A stretch of 64,000 bases of DNA from a virus (IMGVR_UViG_3300031949_000003), one strand, 5' to 3'; positions 42,084 through 54,267 are shown, numbered from the stretch's first letter. Notes: generated from the sequence alone by a model not told the origin. Numbers and translations are program-made.

Positions 42084-43219
42084 GGCTGATCCTCTTTCTT
42101 CGCGCGCCTAAGCACGCGGTTCGTGAGAGCGTGGCCGCCGTTGATGACCGTCACGAGAGCAGCACCCTCCCACAAGCCGCGATCGTGGTCCGCGTAGCTC
42201 GCGAGCAGCGCCTCCAGTCCCCAGTAGGTGGCGACGACGATCAGCATGATCGCGGCACCGAGGGCGAGCGGCAGGACGATAACTCGAAGCGCTGCGCGAA
42301 TCACGGCGTCTCCTCCGTCAACACGTTCGACACCTCGGGCGCGTGCTCAGCCGGGCTCTTTTCACCGTCGCGCGTCATGGCACGAACCCCGTCATGTCGT
42401 GAACGACGAGATGATACGTCTTGCCATCACGCGCGTAGACGATCGTCGCGCCGACGACCTGAATGCTGCCCAAGAGGTCGAGTCCGGCTGATTGATGCTG
42501 TAGCAGTATGTCAGCCACGATCTTAGCCTCCTTGCGGGCGGAATAGACAGCGCGTGTTTCTTCGTCGGTCACGGTTTCTGGACCTCGCCGCGCCCTCGGC
42601 GCAGTCTGCTCACGAGGAGATCAACGGTCTGCGGATCAAAGGCGTGGACTGCAAGAACGCGCTCGCAATCGACGATCTCCCTGGTCATGCCGTAGGTCCC
42701 ATGGGCGACTTCGATCGCGCGATCATGGCTCTCCGTCAAGATGAGGTGCGTGGTGATAGCGTCAGGAACCCCGTTCGGGTGCATGCGGACCTTGTAGACG
42801 TAGATGTCATTCATCACGGCCTGTCACCCTTCGCTGGTACAGGGCTCATGGCAGCCCCGCGGATCAACCGAATCACATTGAGCGCGTGACGGATCGGCCA
42901 GCCGCATTCATCACGCAGCATGCGGAGTGCAGCGACTTCCGAATCTGAGGAAACGAGCGCGACCTCCGCGAGTTCGTAATCGTCGGCGGTGATCACGACG
43001 ATTCTCCATCAAGGATACGGAGCACAGCCTCCCAGGTCTCGCGCTCGACACGCACGCCATGTAGACGTTCGTGCACTACCGGCGAGACCCAGCCACGCTG
43101 CGCTTGACCCTTCCGTAGATCGGCGCCGTCCTCCTCATCACGTCGGCACGCCTCGATTCGCACCTGTGCGTACGTGCACAGCTCGGCGACACGCGCGATC
43201 AGCTTGGCATCGCCGTCGC

Positions 43220-43999
43220 TCATGGCAGCACCTCCGGCGCATGCTCCGCCAGGAACACCCGCCACGAGCCCGGCTTCTTCTCGCCGCCGCGCGTGCCCTT
43301 GACGCCGCGGCCCCACAGCCCCTCGATCTTGATCAGATTCGGTCGGGCCCGATCTTCCATCTCGACCGCGCGGCGTGCGAGGTCAGGATGTCGCTTGGCG
43401 AGCTGGATCAGCTCGGCAGGCTTGAGCGAAGGGCAGTACCAACAGCTCGACTTCGGCGGTACCGGCAGACCCGCCGCCGCGATCTCAGCCTCGCAGCGGC
43501 TACGATCCCAGCCCCATTCGCGCAGGGGGTAGATCCAGGTCCACGGCCCCTTACTCTGTACACCGCCGCGCCGCGAGTCGCACGGACCGGCGTCGTATCC
43601 GATGGCCCGCTGGATCTTGCCACCGGCCTTGATGTGAGTCGCGAAGTGCTTGCCGCACGCCGTGTCGAGCGGCTTACCCTTCCACTTGAGCGAGCATCCC
43701 TTGCGACCGCCGAACGCGAGCGACGGCAGTGTCTTGTTGACGAGGCAGTTCTCTTCGAGCGTGGTGTAGTGCCCGTTCCGTCCGCGCTGCAAGACGTACT
43801 GCACGTCGGTGATCGCGGGGAAGCCAACGCGGTCGAGCCACTCGTCGATGATCGGCCGATACGCGTACGTCTCCGGCCACTCGTTACCAACCTGCGCGTG
43901 GCCGATCCAGTCGGGCCGGATGCCCCGCTGCCACCAGCCGACGAGCACGGCGGTCGAGTCGACGCCCAGGCCATACGAAAGTGCGAGAGGATCGATCAC
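43220..43999 (-). CDS. PAPS-reductase-like PP-loop (adenine nucleotide alpha hydrolase) protein
   Basis: SYGLGVDST, CSLKWK, YPL, PPKSSCWYCP. Confidence 0.8.
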   Translation of the reverse strand: MIDPLALSYGLGVDSTAVLVGWWQRGIRPDWIGHAQVGNEWPETYAYRPIIDEWLDRVGFPAITDVQYVLQRGRNGHYTTLEENCLVNKTLPSLAFGGRKGCSLKWKGKPLDTACGKHFATHIKAGGKIQRAIGYDAGPCDSRRGGVQSKGPWTWIYPLREWGWDRSRCEAEIAAAGLPVPPKSSCWYCPSLKPAELIQLAKRHPDLARRAVEMEDRARPNLIKIEGLWGRGVKGTRGGEKKPGSWRVFLAEHAPEVLP

Positions 44000-46526
44000 G
44001 GCAGCACCTCCTCGCGGATCTTCCTGGCAAGCGCGACGGTCCGATCTGCTCTCGGGCCCGAGTGGTACCAATTTGCGGCGTCCATCAGCGCGTCGTAGAT
44101 GTCGCGCCACTCTGCCGCGGAGAATTCGCTGAGGGAGCCATGTGGCAGCCTGTGAACCGTGGCGACCTTCGGTTTTTTCTTCACGAGAACCTCCCGAAGG
44201 ACGCCGGTCCGAGCCGCTCGTCCTTGATCGAGCAGATGCGCACGAAGGCAAGGCGCTGGTCACCGTCGTAGTGCTCGACGAACAACTCGTCGGGCATCGT
44301 GTCGCCGGTGAGCCCGAGCACGATCGGCAGATCGCCGTTATCGGGGTCGCGCCCCTTCAACTCGTCGAGCGCCTTGATCAGTTCGTTGACGGTCATCGGG
44401 CCTCCCTTCACGCGTGCTCTCGGATCGCCGGACACCACATGCACTTGTGCCCGTAGATGGGCTCTTCATAGACCTCGAAGCTGTCCCGATCCACGGCCGA
44501 GCGCGTGCCGACGACGAGCGGGATCGCGAAACAGTGACGGCAGCGCTTGCCGTGACTACGGTGTCCGTTGTGGCCCACCGGATTGAGATCGGGGACGCCT
44601 TGCTTGGTCAAGCGATCACTCATGTGCGCTCCCTCGTCCTCACCAGTCGCCTCCCGAGATTCGCAGACTGCTCGTGCTGTCGACGACATTACTTTTCAGC
44701 GGGCGCGCGCGGGCGTCGTGCGACGGCCCGCGCATCAGACAGAGCGTGTCACTCGCAACGTACAGCGACAGATCAGCGTCGATCGAGCGCAACAGCTCGA
44801 TCGCCTGACGAAACGCACGGACCGAGGACGCTCGGCTCACAGTCGCGCCTCCACGCCATAGAACTGGTCGCGAGATAATTCGTGATGCTTGCGATAGTGA
44901 TCCTCCCACGCCACGTAGTCATCACGCGTGAGCGACTCCTGCCCACGGCAACCACCCCAGGCGCGCGCCGGGCAGTGCTCGAAGAAGTGATCGGAGCAGC
45001 AGCAGTCGCAGCCGGCCAACTCGTTCAGCTTGTCGAGATCGCCTTCCCACATCGCGCGCTGTAGCTCCTCGTCGATCACGCGTGCACCAGCCCGCGGTAA
45101 TCGCGGTGCGTGAACGGCACGTCGTGCGCGGCGACGCGGCGGAGCAGCGCGATCGCCTCCTCCTTCGTACGGCCGGGCTTGTCGTTCCAGCGCGGAATGA
45201 GCCGCTTGCCGAAACTGTGGCGCATGCCCGTCGTCGCGCAGATGACGGACTCGGCGCGCGCCCAAAGCGTCCAGCGATACTTCTGCTTCGGATCGGCCTC
45301 CACGATCGCGTCGCCGACGCAGAGACCGGATCCGCGTTTGCCGCGGCGAAAACCACGCTCTTCGATGAGCTGGATCGCGCGGAGCACAGCCGCGCGGAGT
45401 GCACGAGAGGACAGCATCACAGAAACCCTTCTCGAAGCGGCGGAAGACCAGCCGTCTCGCGCGCATCGGCGCTCTTGAACGCGTCTTCCCAAGTCGGCCC
45501 TTCACCGATGAGCAGTGGCCTGCACCGTCGACGATCAGCATCGCTCCAGAGCACATAGCCGACCATGCAACGGTTGAGCACTTTTTTGGCGCGGAGACAG
45601 ACCTGTGCAGACGATCCGAACTCGCCGCGCGATGACCAGCGGCGGTCTGCTTCGGTCCACGCTTGGTGTTTGGTCACAGAGCTTCTCCCTTCTGCGGATA
45701 AGGAATCGGCGCGCCGTCTTCGTCACGCCAGTTGCCGCGCCAGCGGTAGAGCTGACACGGCGGTGGCCGATCGTTCTTGGCGAGTCGCACCAGCGTGCAC
45801 TCGGCCAAGAGGTCGGGGACGTGCGGGAGCCACAGCCCGGTGAACCCATCGCAGCTACAACAGCTACCTCGCGTCGAGTGCCAGGCGGGCCACGGATCGC
45901 CATCGTTACTCGGACGGCGATACACCGCGAACAGCTCGCCGTCGTAGGACACGGACACCTGCGTCAGCCGGTGCGCGAGGTACTGGATCGCATGCGAGCG
46001 CACTAGGTACCGCGGATCGAGAAGGGCCTTGGCGACCTTCATTAGACGACTCCCTTGGCCAGTGGCGGTATCGCCAGCAGATGCGCCAGGACTTGGTCGG
46101 CACGCCGCAACGTCCAGCCGCACTCGTCACGCAGCATGCGCAGCGCGACGACGCGATGATGCGCGACGTCGGTCGCGTAGGCGATCTCCAGGGCCGCTTT
46201 GCCCAGCTCGATCTCTTCGGACGTGAACATGCTAGAGCGACCTCCGCGTCACCGCTGGCTTGGTGTCCCACGGCTCGCCCTGATGACCCTTCGTCCAGGC
46301 GTCATTGCACTTGCCGTCGAGACAGCGATACTGCGGCCGACCGTCCGCGGCCTCGCCGTCGCGAACCGCGGTCTTCTGGCCGCACTTGTAGCAGCGTCCG
46401 CGCTCCATCTTCATGAATCCTTCCGTCCTCGATTCAATACGCGATGGGCGATCTTCATGCAGCCCGCCATGACGAAGACAATCGTGGTGACCATCCACGC
46501 GCCCAACACGAGAGCAAACAATCCCC

Positions 46527-47324
46527 TCATCGCAGGTGGATCCTCGCTTCGCCGATCGCGAGCTTCTGCTCCTGGGTCAGGTTGTCGACCAGGCCGCACT
46601 TGTTGCACTGCATAGCCACGAGCGTGCGGGTGACCTGATCGGCCGTCGAGTGGACGTCGCCGATCGGGAAGCAATTGGACGTCTCGCCCGCGACGATCGT
46701 GCCGTCGGCTGAGATGCTAGGCGAGCAGTTGCCGGCCATCCCGAACGCGGCGCGAGCACGCAGCATCGTCAGAGCCTCGCGGACATTGCCGAGTGAGAGC
46801 GTGAGCGATCGGAGGTTGAACGACGTGGGTCCCTTACGGACCGGCACGCCGTCGGTGCCGGCCTTGGCGCGGGCAGGCTTCATGCGCCCGAGCGGCACCA
46901 GAACAGTCAGTGTCGGCACGAATACGACGCGCGGATCGTCCGTCGGGATGTTGGTCGGTTGCTTGGGATAGAAACGCGGATCGTTGGTGACCTGCACCAT
47001 CAGTCGCGGCCACTCGGGGCGAAGAATCTTGGAGCGCCGCCCGGGATCGTCGAGCCACATCCCGTTGGTGATGAGAATAACGTCGTAGCCGCCACTGATC
47101 ACCGTCTCCAAGAACCACTCGACGTCGGGATGCTCGGTCGCCTCACCGCCGCTGATCAGGATCCGCCGCGGAATGCCCGCGCGCCACGCGTCTCCTTCGA
47201 GACGCTCGGTGAGTGCGAGCGCCGCCAGGAACGTCTCTCGCGTCATGTGCTCGCCGGCCGGAGTCGAATCTTCCATACAGTGCGAACAGCCCATACCGCA
47301 GCGATTTGTAATTTTGATCAGCAC
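46527..47324 (-). CDS. radical SAM protein
   Basis: CGMGCSHC, SGGE, ITNG, C-terminal Cys cluster. Confidence 0.88.
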   Translation of the reverse strand: MLIKITNRCGMGCSHCMEDSTPAGEHMTRETFLAALALTERLEGDAWRAGIPRRILISGGEATEHPDVEWFLETVISGGYDVILITNGMWLDDPGRRSKILRPEWPRLMVQVTNDPRFYPKQPTNIPTDDPRVVFVPTLTVLVPLGRMKPARAKAGTDGVPVRKGPTSFNLRSLTLSLGNVREALTMLRARAAFGMAGNCSPSISADGTIVAGETSNCFPIGDVHSTADQVTRTLVAMQCNKCGLVDNLTQEQKLAIGEARIHLR

Positions 47325-48074
47325 TGCTACTCGCCCCACCCGCGCAGGTCGTTGGCGACATCGAGCCAATACTGCGACTTCGCGAGCATCTTCTCCGCAG
47401 CTTTCGCGCGTCCAGCCTCCAGCTCCTCGTTGTAGTTGCCGAGATAGCGGGCCGCCATCATCTCAGCGTGCACGATGCGCTCCTCGACGGTGCGCTTGGT
47501 GCGCGTCTTCGCGGTCATCTACCTCTTCCTCCGGCGCCGGCCGATCGCGGAGGCGACGAGATCGCCCGCCATGTAGCCCGCGATGCCCGCGCAGATGCCA
47601 CGCGGCTCGGCCGCGATGTTGAACGACCGCATCACGTGCAAGAAGAAGTAGGCGACGAGGATCGCGACCATGACGATGACGAAACGGCGGACGGTGTCAC
47701 TCACGGCTTGACCTCCGGCTTGGGCGCGAGCTTGTAGAACGCCTCGAACGCCGCGTCCTCGACCACGCGCGCCGGCACCATGCCATAGCGCTGACGCATG
47801 AACTTGTCGTCGTCAAGCACCAGCTCGACCGCAGGGCCGATCACGGCCCGCGGCTGCTCTTGCATGAGCAGCCCGTACGCCATGTCCACCGCACGCTTGC
47901 GGACCTCGGATCGTGTCCAGATCTTGCCCTTGAGGCTCGTGATCATGTAGCGCTCTTGCCACTCCTTCGCGGTCACGACGCCCCCTCCGTGCGCGTCTGC
48001 TTGCCGGTGTAGACGGCAAGAACACGGCTGCGGAAGGTGATGTCGGCGTCGATGCTCATGACCCCACGTAGAAA

Positions 48075-48216
48075 GCAGTTCGCGTGCCCACGCGACCGCG
48101 TCGCAAACGTGCGTCGCCAAATCCCGGGTACCTTGGCACCCGGTCTCCAGGAGTCGACATCCCACGCGGGTCATGCGGATCGGCGTGGCGCGCAAGACAC
48201 GGGTTCTGAACTACCC
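48075..48216 (-). promoter_or_regulatory. sigma54-like promoter with two upstream GGGT-N8-ACCC sites
   Basis: GGCACG-CGAA-CTGC at 48088-48075; sites at 48126-48141 and 48201-48216. Confidence 0.65.
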
Positions 48217-50383
48217 AGGTCACGAAGCCACGTCCTTCCAGGCAACCGACCAGCCGCAATCTCGTGTCAGTATCTGCGTATCGACCTCGGCGGCGAGCTT
48301 GCGCAGCCACTTCTCGTCGGCAGGTGCTGCCGGCTCGCGTTCACGAACAACTCTGCGCCGTCGACCAAGCGCATGAGGTAGAGCACGCGCGCGTCGCCCC
48401 AGCGCTTGAGCTTGCCGAGCGCGCGGACGTCGGCCTGCTCGAACATCTCGGAGCTGCCGCCGACCCACGACCCACGGGCCCCACGGATGCGAGAGTGCGC
48501 GCGTTCCTGTCACGTCACCTCACCAACGTCCCCGAAGATCCCTTCGCCAACACCTCCGAAGATGCCTTCAACGGAATCCCGCGAGGATTCACTACGGGCA
48601 CTAGTCGTGACGAGTCCCAGATGATCGCGGCAAGCCAACCGGCCTGCCACGCGAACGACTTCGGATAGCTGCCACGCTCGCGGTTGTCACCGCAGCGCAT
48701 CCAGCCGACCAGTTCCTCGACAACCATGTCGTGACTCATGTCGTGGAGCATCTGCGCGGCGATCTCGGCCGCGCGCACTTCGATCCGTACAGCCTCGCGA
48801 CGTCTCATCGACGTACCTTCGGCCCGTCGAAGCGGTGCTTGCATTCCAGGCACTGCCAGCGTGCCGTGCCGGGCGCCTCACCCGCGATCGGCCGGCCGTA
48901 GTTGCGGAGTGGCACCGTGTCGGCGTGGCTGCAACGCGGACACGCGAGTTCCGGCAGCGGCTTCTTCTTCACCTTCACGTCAGCTCCGTCAGCTCGCTGA
49001 TCGTCTCGAGCACGCGCCGCTCGAACTCCGCGTGTGTCTCATCTTCCTGCCAGGTGAGGCGGCGCTTGTACGTGTTCTTGTTCGTGTCGACCTCGATCGT
49101 CACGGCGACCTCGCGAATGTGCTCAGCCATGCGGCACATCCACGTTCGGATCGTACGGAATCCGAACCACCGCACCCAGCCGATAGAACCTACCGGGTTC
49201 GAGCTGCTTCGCATGCGGCACGCAGCGACCGCGACCGCCCTCAGCGAGCTGCTCGATCGTTGGCCGTGCCACGCGACACGCAGCTTCCTCGTCGGAGGCT
49301 TCAACAATCGCGATCGCGATGTCGGGCTCTCGGTAGAGCGTCTTGTCCTGGATCGTAACGACAAACAGCATCGCTTAATAGGTCTCCCTATCCATCGCAC
49401 AGTTGAAGCAGATCCAACCGTCGCACTTGATCAGCTCTCCATCGATGAAGATGATCCAACGGCGATGTCTGGCGCTTTCCGCAGGACACCACTCGCAACA
49501 ACGGTTGCGGCGCCTCATCGAGACCTCCGATTCTTGATTGCCTCGAACGCGAAGTACGCGGCAACAAAGGCAAGAGCTCCAAGCGCGACGAGCCACGAAA
49601 ACGCGCTGACCCCAAACTCCCACGTGTGATCACGCCAGGTCATCGGATCACCTCGACGGAGACAGGCACCGGGGCCATCGGCCTCTGCGCGTTGAGCTGG
49701 TTCGCGATCCGTCGTGCGGCGTGCCCGTCGAACGCGAGCGCGCGAGCGCGCAGGCAGTCCCAACTGTTCTCGCTCGTCGTGTCGCTCCATGCAGAAAGAA
49801 AGTACGGCATGAAGCCGGTGCGCTGTACAACGACGTACTTCACCGAACCGCTCGAAGAAGGCTTCACGAGATCTCCGTCGGCGGGCGCACCAGCTTGAAG
49901 TGGCCGCCCTTGAAACCGCTCCAGTCGTACAGCCAGAAGCGCGGGAATTTGTCCGTGGCGCCCGCGTAGGCCGCGTCGACACGCGTGATCAGGTCCCAGT
50001 CCTTGGGGTCGCGATCCGCCGGATCAATCGACACCATCCCATCGAACTCTGAAATGTCCTTCTGGCGAAGGCCGTGCGCGCGCATCACCACCGTCATCGC
50101 ACGCAAAATCGCGCGCCAGCGCGGCATCGGCAACGGCACACGCACGATCATGAGCGGGCCCGGGCTGATGACGGTCATGTAGTGCCGCTGTGTCACGCAG
50201 GCTCCAAGACCTTCAGCCACGTGCGGATCAGCTTGCGGATGCTCCGGCGCTCACGTTGAGCTTCGAGCTGGCGATCACGCTGCTCGCTGCGAGCTGGCCG
50301 GCGTAGCCGATGCTGGACGAATTTCTCCAAGCGGCGGAAGCTTCGATCGCGGCGGTACGCCTTGCGGTTGCTCTTGCGGTTGC

Positions 50384-51319
50384 TCACGCGGCTTCCTTCG
50401 TGGCGCTGCCTTCTTCGAGGTACCCACAGCCAGTCGCCTTCGTTGCGCGGTTCGCCGCGCCGCAGATCTTGCACCGGGCGACTTTGGGCTTGTACTTCTT
50501 CTCGACGAACATGGGCAACGGCGTCCCCTTGCCCTTCTTGAAGCCCATGATCGAGAGCTTCAGGCCGTCGTGCACGCCTTCCTTGGGCTTGGTGATCGGG
50601 CGATCCGCCTCCATCTTGACGACGCGTGCGTACTGATCGGGCAGCTCGCGCGCGAATGTCTTCCAGTCGCCGAGGCTTCCGAACGGACAAAACACGCACG
50701 CACTCTTGCGCGGGATCGGGTAGCCGCTCGCACGCACGATTGCCTCGCAGCGGCAGCGGCAAAGGCCCTGCTCCATGAGCGGGAAGCGGTTGTGGCGGCG
50801 AGCGCGCGGCTTGGCGCCCTTCTTCACGCGCTTGGGGGCCTTGAGCTTCGCGCCCGTGTTCGGATCTTTCTTCGCGCGCTTCTCCTCGCCAGCCTCGAAG
50901 CCGATCCAGACTTCAATGTCCTGACCGGGAAAGCGATCGGCCGCCCAACGCTCGAAGCGCTCGACCTTGGCGATCGTGGTGCACTGGCGGCCCGGGCCTG
51001 CCATCGGCATCGACTTGCGCGCCTCCCACCAGGCGAACAGCGATCGGACCTCGCCCTTGGTGCCGCCGCGCACGGGGTAGTTGATGTGATCGATCTTGAC
51101 GAACTCGATACCGTACTGATCGCAGATCGGCCGCACGACCTCGTCGATGTGGCGATAGGTGCCAGGCCACTCGCCGGGATCCAGCGGGTGCCCGGTGTCC
51201 ATGAAGACCACGACGTCCGGCAGCTCGCCGCGATCGATCGCGGTCAAGAGCATTACGAACGAGTCGAGGCCGCCGCCGTACGAGAGGATCTTGGGCCAGG
51301 CGCGAAGGTCGTTGCTCAT
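50384..51319 (-). CDS. PAPS-reductase-like PP-loop protein
   Basis: SYGGGLDS, FMDTG, CTTIAK, IGF, FPL, RKSACVFCP. Confidence 0.82.
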   Translation of the reverse strand: MSNDLRAWPKILSYGGGLDSFVMLLTAIDRGELPDVVVFMDTGHPLDPGEWPGTYRHIDEVVRPICDQYGIEFVKIDHINYPVRGGTKGEVRSLFAWWEARKSMPMAGPGRQCTTIAKVERFERWAADRFPGQDIEVWIGFEAGEEKRAKKDPNTGAKLKAPKRVKKGAKPRARRHNRFPLMEQGLCRCRCEAIVRASGYPIPRKSACVFCPFGSLGDWKTFARELPDQYARVVKMEADRPITKPKEGVHDGLKLSIMGFKKGKGTPLPMFVEKKYKPKVARCKICGAANRATKATGCGYLEEGSATKEAA

Positions 51320-52077
51320 CGCGACCTCCCGAGACGCCGAGCGACCTCGGCCAGCTCGGCCTCGATGTCCGCGCCCGTGACGACGTAGCGAGGACGACCG
51401 GCGCGCTCGTACGCGGCGCGCTCGATGTAGAGCCGCGTGAGCCACGGAGGCATCCAGGGACACTGAAGGCGTTGCATGACTACCACTCCCCCCGCTTAAT
51501 AGCGCGGATGAAGTAACCGAGCGGCTGATCTCGCTCGGTTTCCAAACAGAGCAGCTCGCGGATGTTCGCGGGCAGGTCTTTGTCCTCGACGTGAAGCTCC
51601 GGCCGGTAATAGTCGGCATTGTCGGCCGCGGGCTTCGAGATGAACCACGTGCCGTTGCCGGACACGAAGTCGTAGTTGTGCTTCTTGAAGTACGGCAGGA
51701 TCTCGGTGCGTGCCTCCTCGGCGAGCTTCTCGACCTCGGCACGGAACGCCGCCTGCGCGACGTCGAGCGCCTTGGAGAGCTGGCCGAGCCTTTTCTTGGA
51801 GAGATCTTTCACGACGCCTCCTCTTCCGACTCTTCATGAGCCGCGGAGGTCTCCGTCGCCATGCGATGGTGCGACTTCAGGCGAAGGCAGATCGCGGTGC
51901 GCAGCGCGCAGACCTCCGCGACCTCGATCGCAATCTTTTCCTGCGCGAGCACGATCAGAAGCACGAACTGGGACACGATCGCCTCCCGCAGCTCGGGCGC
52001 CAGCAAAAACCACGCGGGCTGGTACTTGCCGGCGATCTGCTTGGCGAACGTGCGGACCTGGCCGTCCGACCAGCCGC

Positions 52078-52533
52078 TCACGACGACGCTCCTTCGAGAG
52101 AGCTAGCACGAGCGGCACTCGCCCAGCGCGACATCGCGCGGCGCAGCTCGTCGTAGTGCTCGGCCTCGGCGTGCAGCCGCGCAAGCTCCTCGTCGAGCGG
52201 CTTCTCCGGGTCGAACCGAGCCATGGTGCGCATCGCCAGGCTGCGCGTGTCGTGGTCGTACTTCGTGCCCGGCTGCACGAGCTGCGCGGTGAACTCCCAG
52301 AAGAAGTGGAAGTTCCCCTCGTAGCCGTCCCAGCTCCAGTCACCGACGTGGAGCGGACAGTCGAATTGGAGGAGATCCTTCAGCGCGCGGGAATAGCGGT
52401 CGAACGCGTCCGCGTAGTGCAGACTCGGCCCGAGCCCGTGGAGCGGGGCACCCGCCTCCTTGAGGCACGAGGCCGCATAGGTCATCGCGTCACGCAGCTT
52501 CTGCTCCTTCGACTGTCGCTTCTTCGTCGCCAT
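52078..52533 (-). CDS. hypothetical protein, first gene of the long leftward tract
   Basis: ATG 13 nt after a consensus sigma54 site. Confidence 0.7.
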   Translation of the reverse strand: MATKKRQSKEQKLRDAMTYAASCLKEAGAPLHGLGPSLHYADAFDRYSRALKDLLQFDCPLHVGDWSWDGYEGNFHFFWEFTAQLVQPGTKYDHDTRSLAMRTMARFDPEKPLDEELARLHAEAEHYDELRRAMSRWASAARASSLEGASS

Positions 52534-52545
52534 GCTTCTACCAGG

Positions 52546-52678
52546 AGCAACCGCCGCGCCAGCCTGACAGCATAGTGAGTGCACGCCAAGTCCCAGCACC
52601 GATGCTCGTGGCATCGTGTACCCAGGGCCTGACGTTCACAGATTCCGGCGCGCTCAAGACACGGGTAGCCGCTTACCC
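52546..52678 (-). promoter_or_regulatory. sigma54 promoter with upstream GGGT-N8-ACCC site(s)
   Basis: TGGCGCG-GCGG-TTGCT at 52561-52546; site 52663-52678 and degenerate site 52608-52623. Confidence 0.75.
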
Positions 52679-52751
52679 AGGGCACGGCTGATCACGAGCT
52701 TGACGCGCCGGAAGAGACCTCGGTCGTCTCTTCGTAGGACGTGTCAGGTCG

Positions 52752-52767
52752 TGGAATGCAGGCTGCA
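52752..52767 (+). promoter_or_regulatory. divergent sigma54-like promoter
   Basis: TGGAATG-CAGG-CTGCA; ATG 14 nt after the GC. Confidence 0.6.
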
Positions 52768-52780
52768 CTTGACGACAAGC

Positions 52781-53161
52781 ATGACGAAGACGACGCATGT
52801 GAAGATCCTCTGGTGCATGCCGATCGCGGGACCGCTCTACCGCGCGCAGGGCGAAGACGGCGACCTGTACTGCTACGACTGGACGTTCCGTGCCGCGACC
52901 ACGATCGACGGAGTCGCTGACGGCCGAACGTTCGAGCACGAGACGTATATGGTGCGTGGAGCGGTCAAGAGCCCGGAGGGCTTCTGGGTCGCCAACTACA
53001 ATCACAAGAACGATGTCGAAGCGTTCTGCCGACGCGTCGAGGAGCGCGGATCGATCGATCTCGCTTATTGGATCGAGACGACCGGCCAGAACTTCGATCT
53101 GGAGGCCGCGTTGAAGGAAGAAGCCGCGCGCGAGCAACTCGAACGCGGAGGGCGCTACTGA
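52781..53161 (+). CDS. hypothetical protein
   Basis: GC3 bias; TGATG overlap with 53161..53451. Confidence 0.7.
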   Translation: MTKTTHVKILWCMPIAGPLYRAQGEDGDLYCYDWTFRAATTIDGVADGRTFEHETYMVRGAVKSPEGFWVANYNHKNDVEAFCRRVEERGSIDLAYWIETTGQNFDLEAALKEEAAREQLERGGRY

Positions 53162-53519
53162 TGCGCGGGCACGAGAAGACGCTCTCGAACACCGGCTGTC
53201 CGTGGCCCGGCGGCGCGGAGGTCGAGTTCGCGCAGACGGACGTCGTCCAGCTCGGCAAGCTCTACTGCTGGGGCAGCGCGGCTGTCTCGTTCATCGTGCG
53301 GCTACGCGACGAGCGCGAGGTGTTCGTGCGCGCCGACAAGCAGAGCAAGGAGGACGAGCGTTTCCTGCGGAAGCTCGCCAAGCCGATCCGCGGCTGGGCA
53401 CCCGGCAGAGGCGAGGGCTTCCGCACGGTGTGGGGATCGCCGCAACCATGATCACGCGCGACGCGACAAAAGCCCTGAGCTGCCCGCGCAATTCAATCGT
53501 GGCGTACAGCCGACGCGCG

Positions 53520-53717
53520 TCATCGCGCACATCTCCACGAGCCAGGCTTTAGCGTGAACGTCTTGTACCCGACGAAGACGACGGCTGCCCCCGCGAGCCC
53601 CCAGACAACCCATTTGGTTACTTTTCCCGCTGTGGTTGTTGGTGCTTCTGCGCGCTCTGCGCCGATGAGGCTGTGATAGCCACGTGGCGAGTGCCCGTAC
53701 TGTCCACGCGCGTTCAT
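53520..53717 (-). CDS. small single-pass membrane protein (RGxYG family)
   Basis: MNARGQYG; hydrophobic segment; TATACT 6 nt upstream. Confidence 0.6.
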   Translation of the reverse strand: MNARGQYGHSPRGYHSLIGAERAEAPTTTAGKVTKWVVWGLAGAAVVFVGYKTFTLKPGSWRCAR

Positions 53718-53858
53718 CGTTCGAGTATACAAGCGTCGGGACAAAATGGGAGTTTTGAGCACCTTCACGAGCACCTTCACGTGGAGCAGCCCGGTGAAGT
53801 TACGCGGTTGACGCGCCACCGCGTCGAGCGACCGCTCGATGTCGACTCGGACGCGTAG

Positions 53859-54267
53859 TCACGGTTTCGGCCGCGAAGTCGAAGTCACCTTCGCGCGAAG
53901 ACTCGAACGAGGTCCCTGCATCGCGGCGGCGCGAGCCTCTGCCGCCTCGCGAGAACCAAAGTCGAACGCGGCATCCGGGCTCATCGTGCCGCCACTGCCG
54001 GTCGCCGCGACGTAGGCCCACTGACTGCCGGGCATCTGGAACGTCACGAGCTCGCGCTGGCTCAGTTCACGGTTCACGCTCGCGCTCGAGCTGCGCCTTC
54101 GTCTTGCGAGCTTTCTTGGGAGCAGCAGTCTTCTCGCTCAAGATCTTCTCGACCTCGACCCACGTCCAGACTTGCTGGAATGGCTTCCCGTCGCGCCAGA
54201 TCGACCACGGCTCCTCGACGCCGCGCGAGAAGACCTCGAAGGGACCTTGCTTCTTGGCGCTGATCAT
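53859..54267 (-). pseudogene. QLERE-tagged gene split by a probable 1-nt frameshift
   Basis: KTKAQLERE, extra C, then VNRELSQ... Confidence 0.5.

Noticed and set aside
6732-52678. GGGT-N8-ACCC as loxP-like recombination sites
   Set aside because: The 8-nt spacers all differ, the arms are short, no recombinase is in the window, and spacing to promoters is fixed. Not fully excluded.
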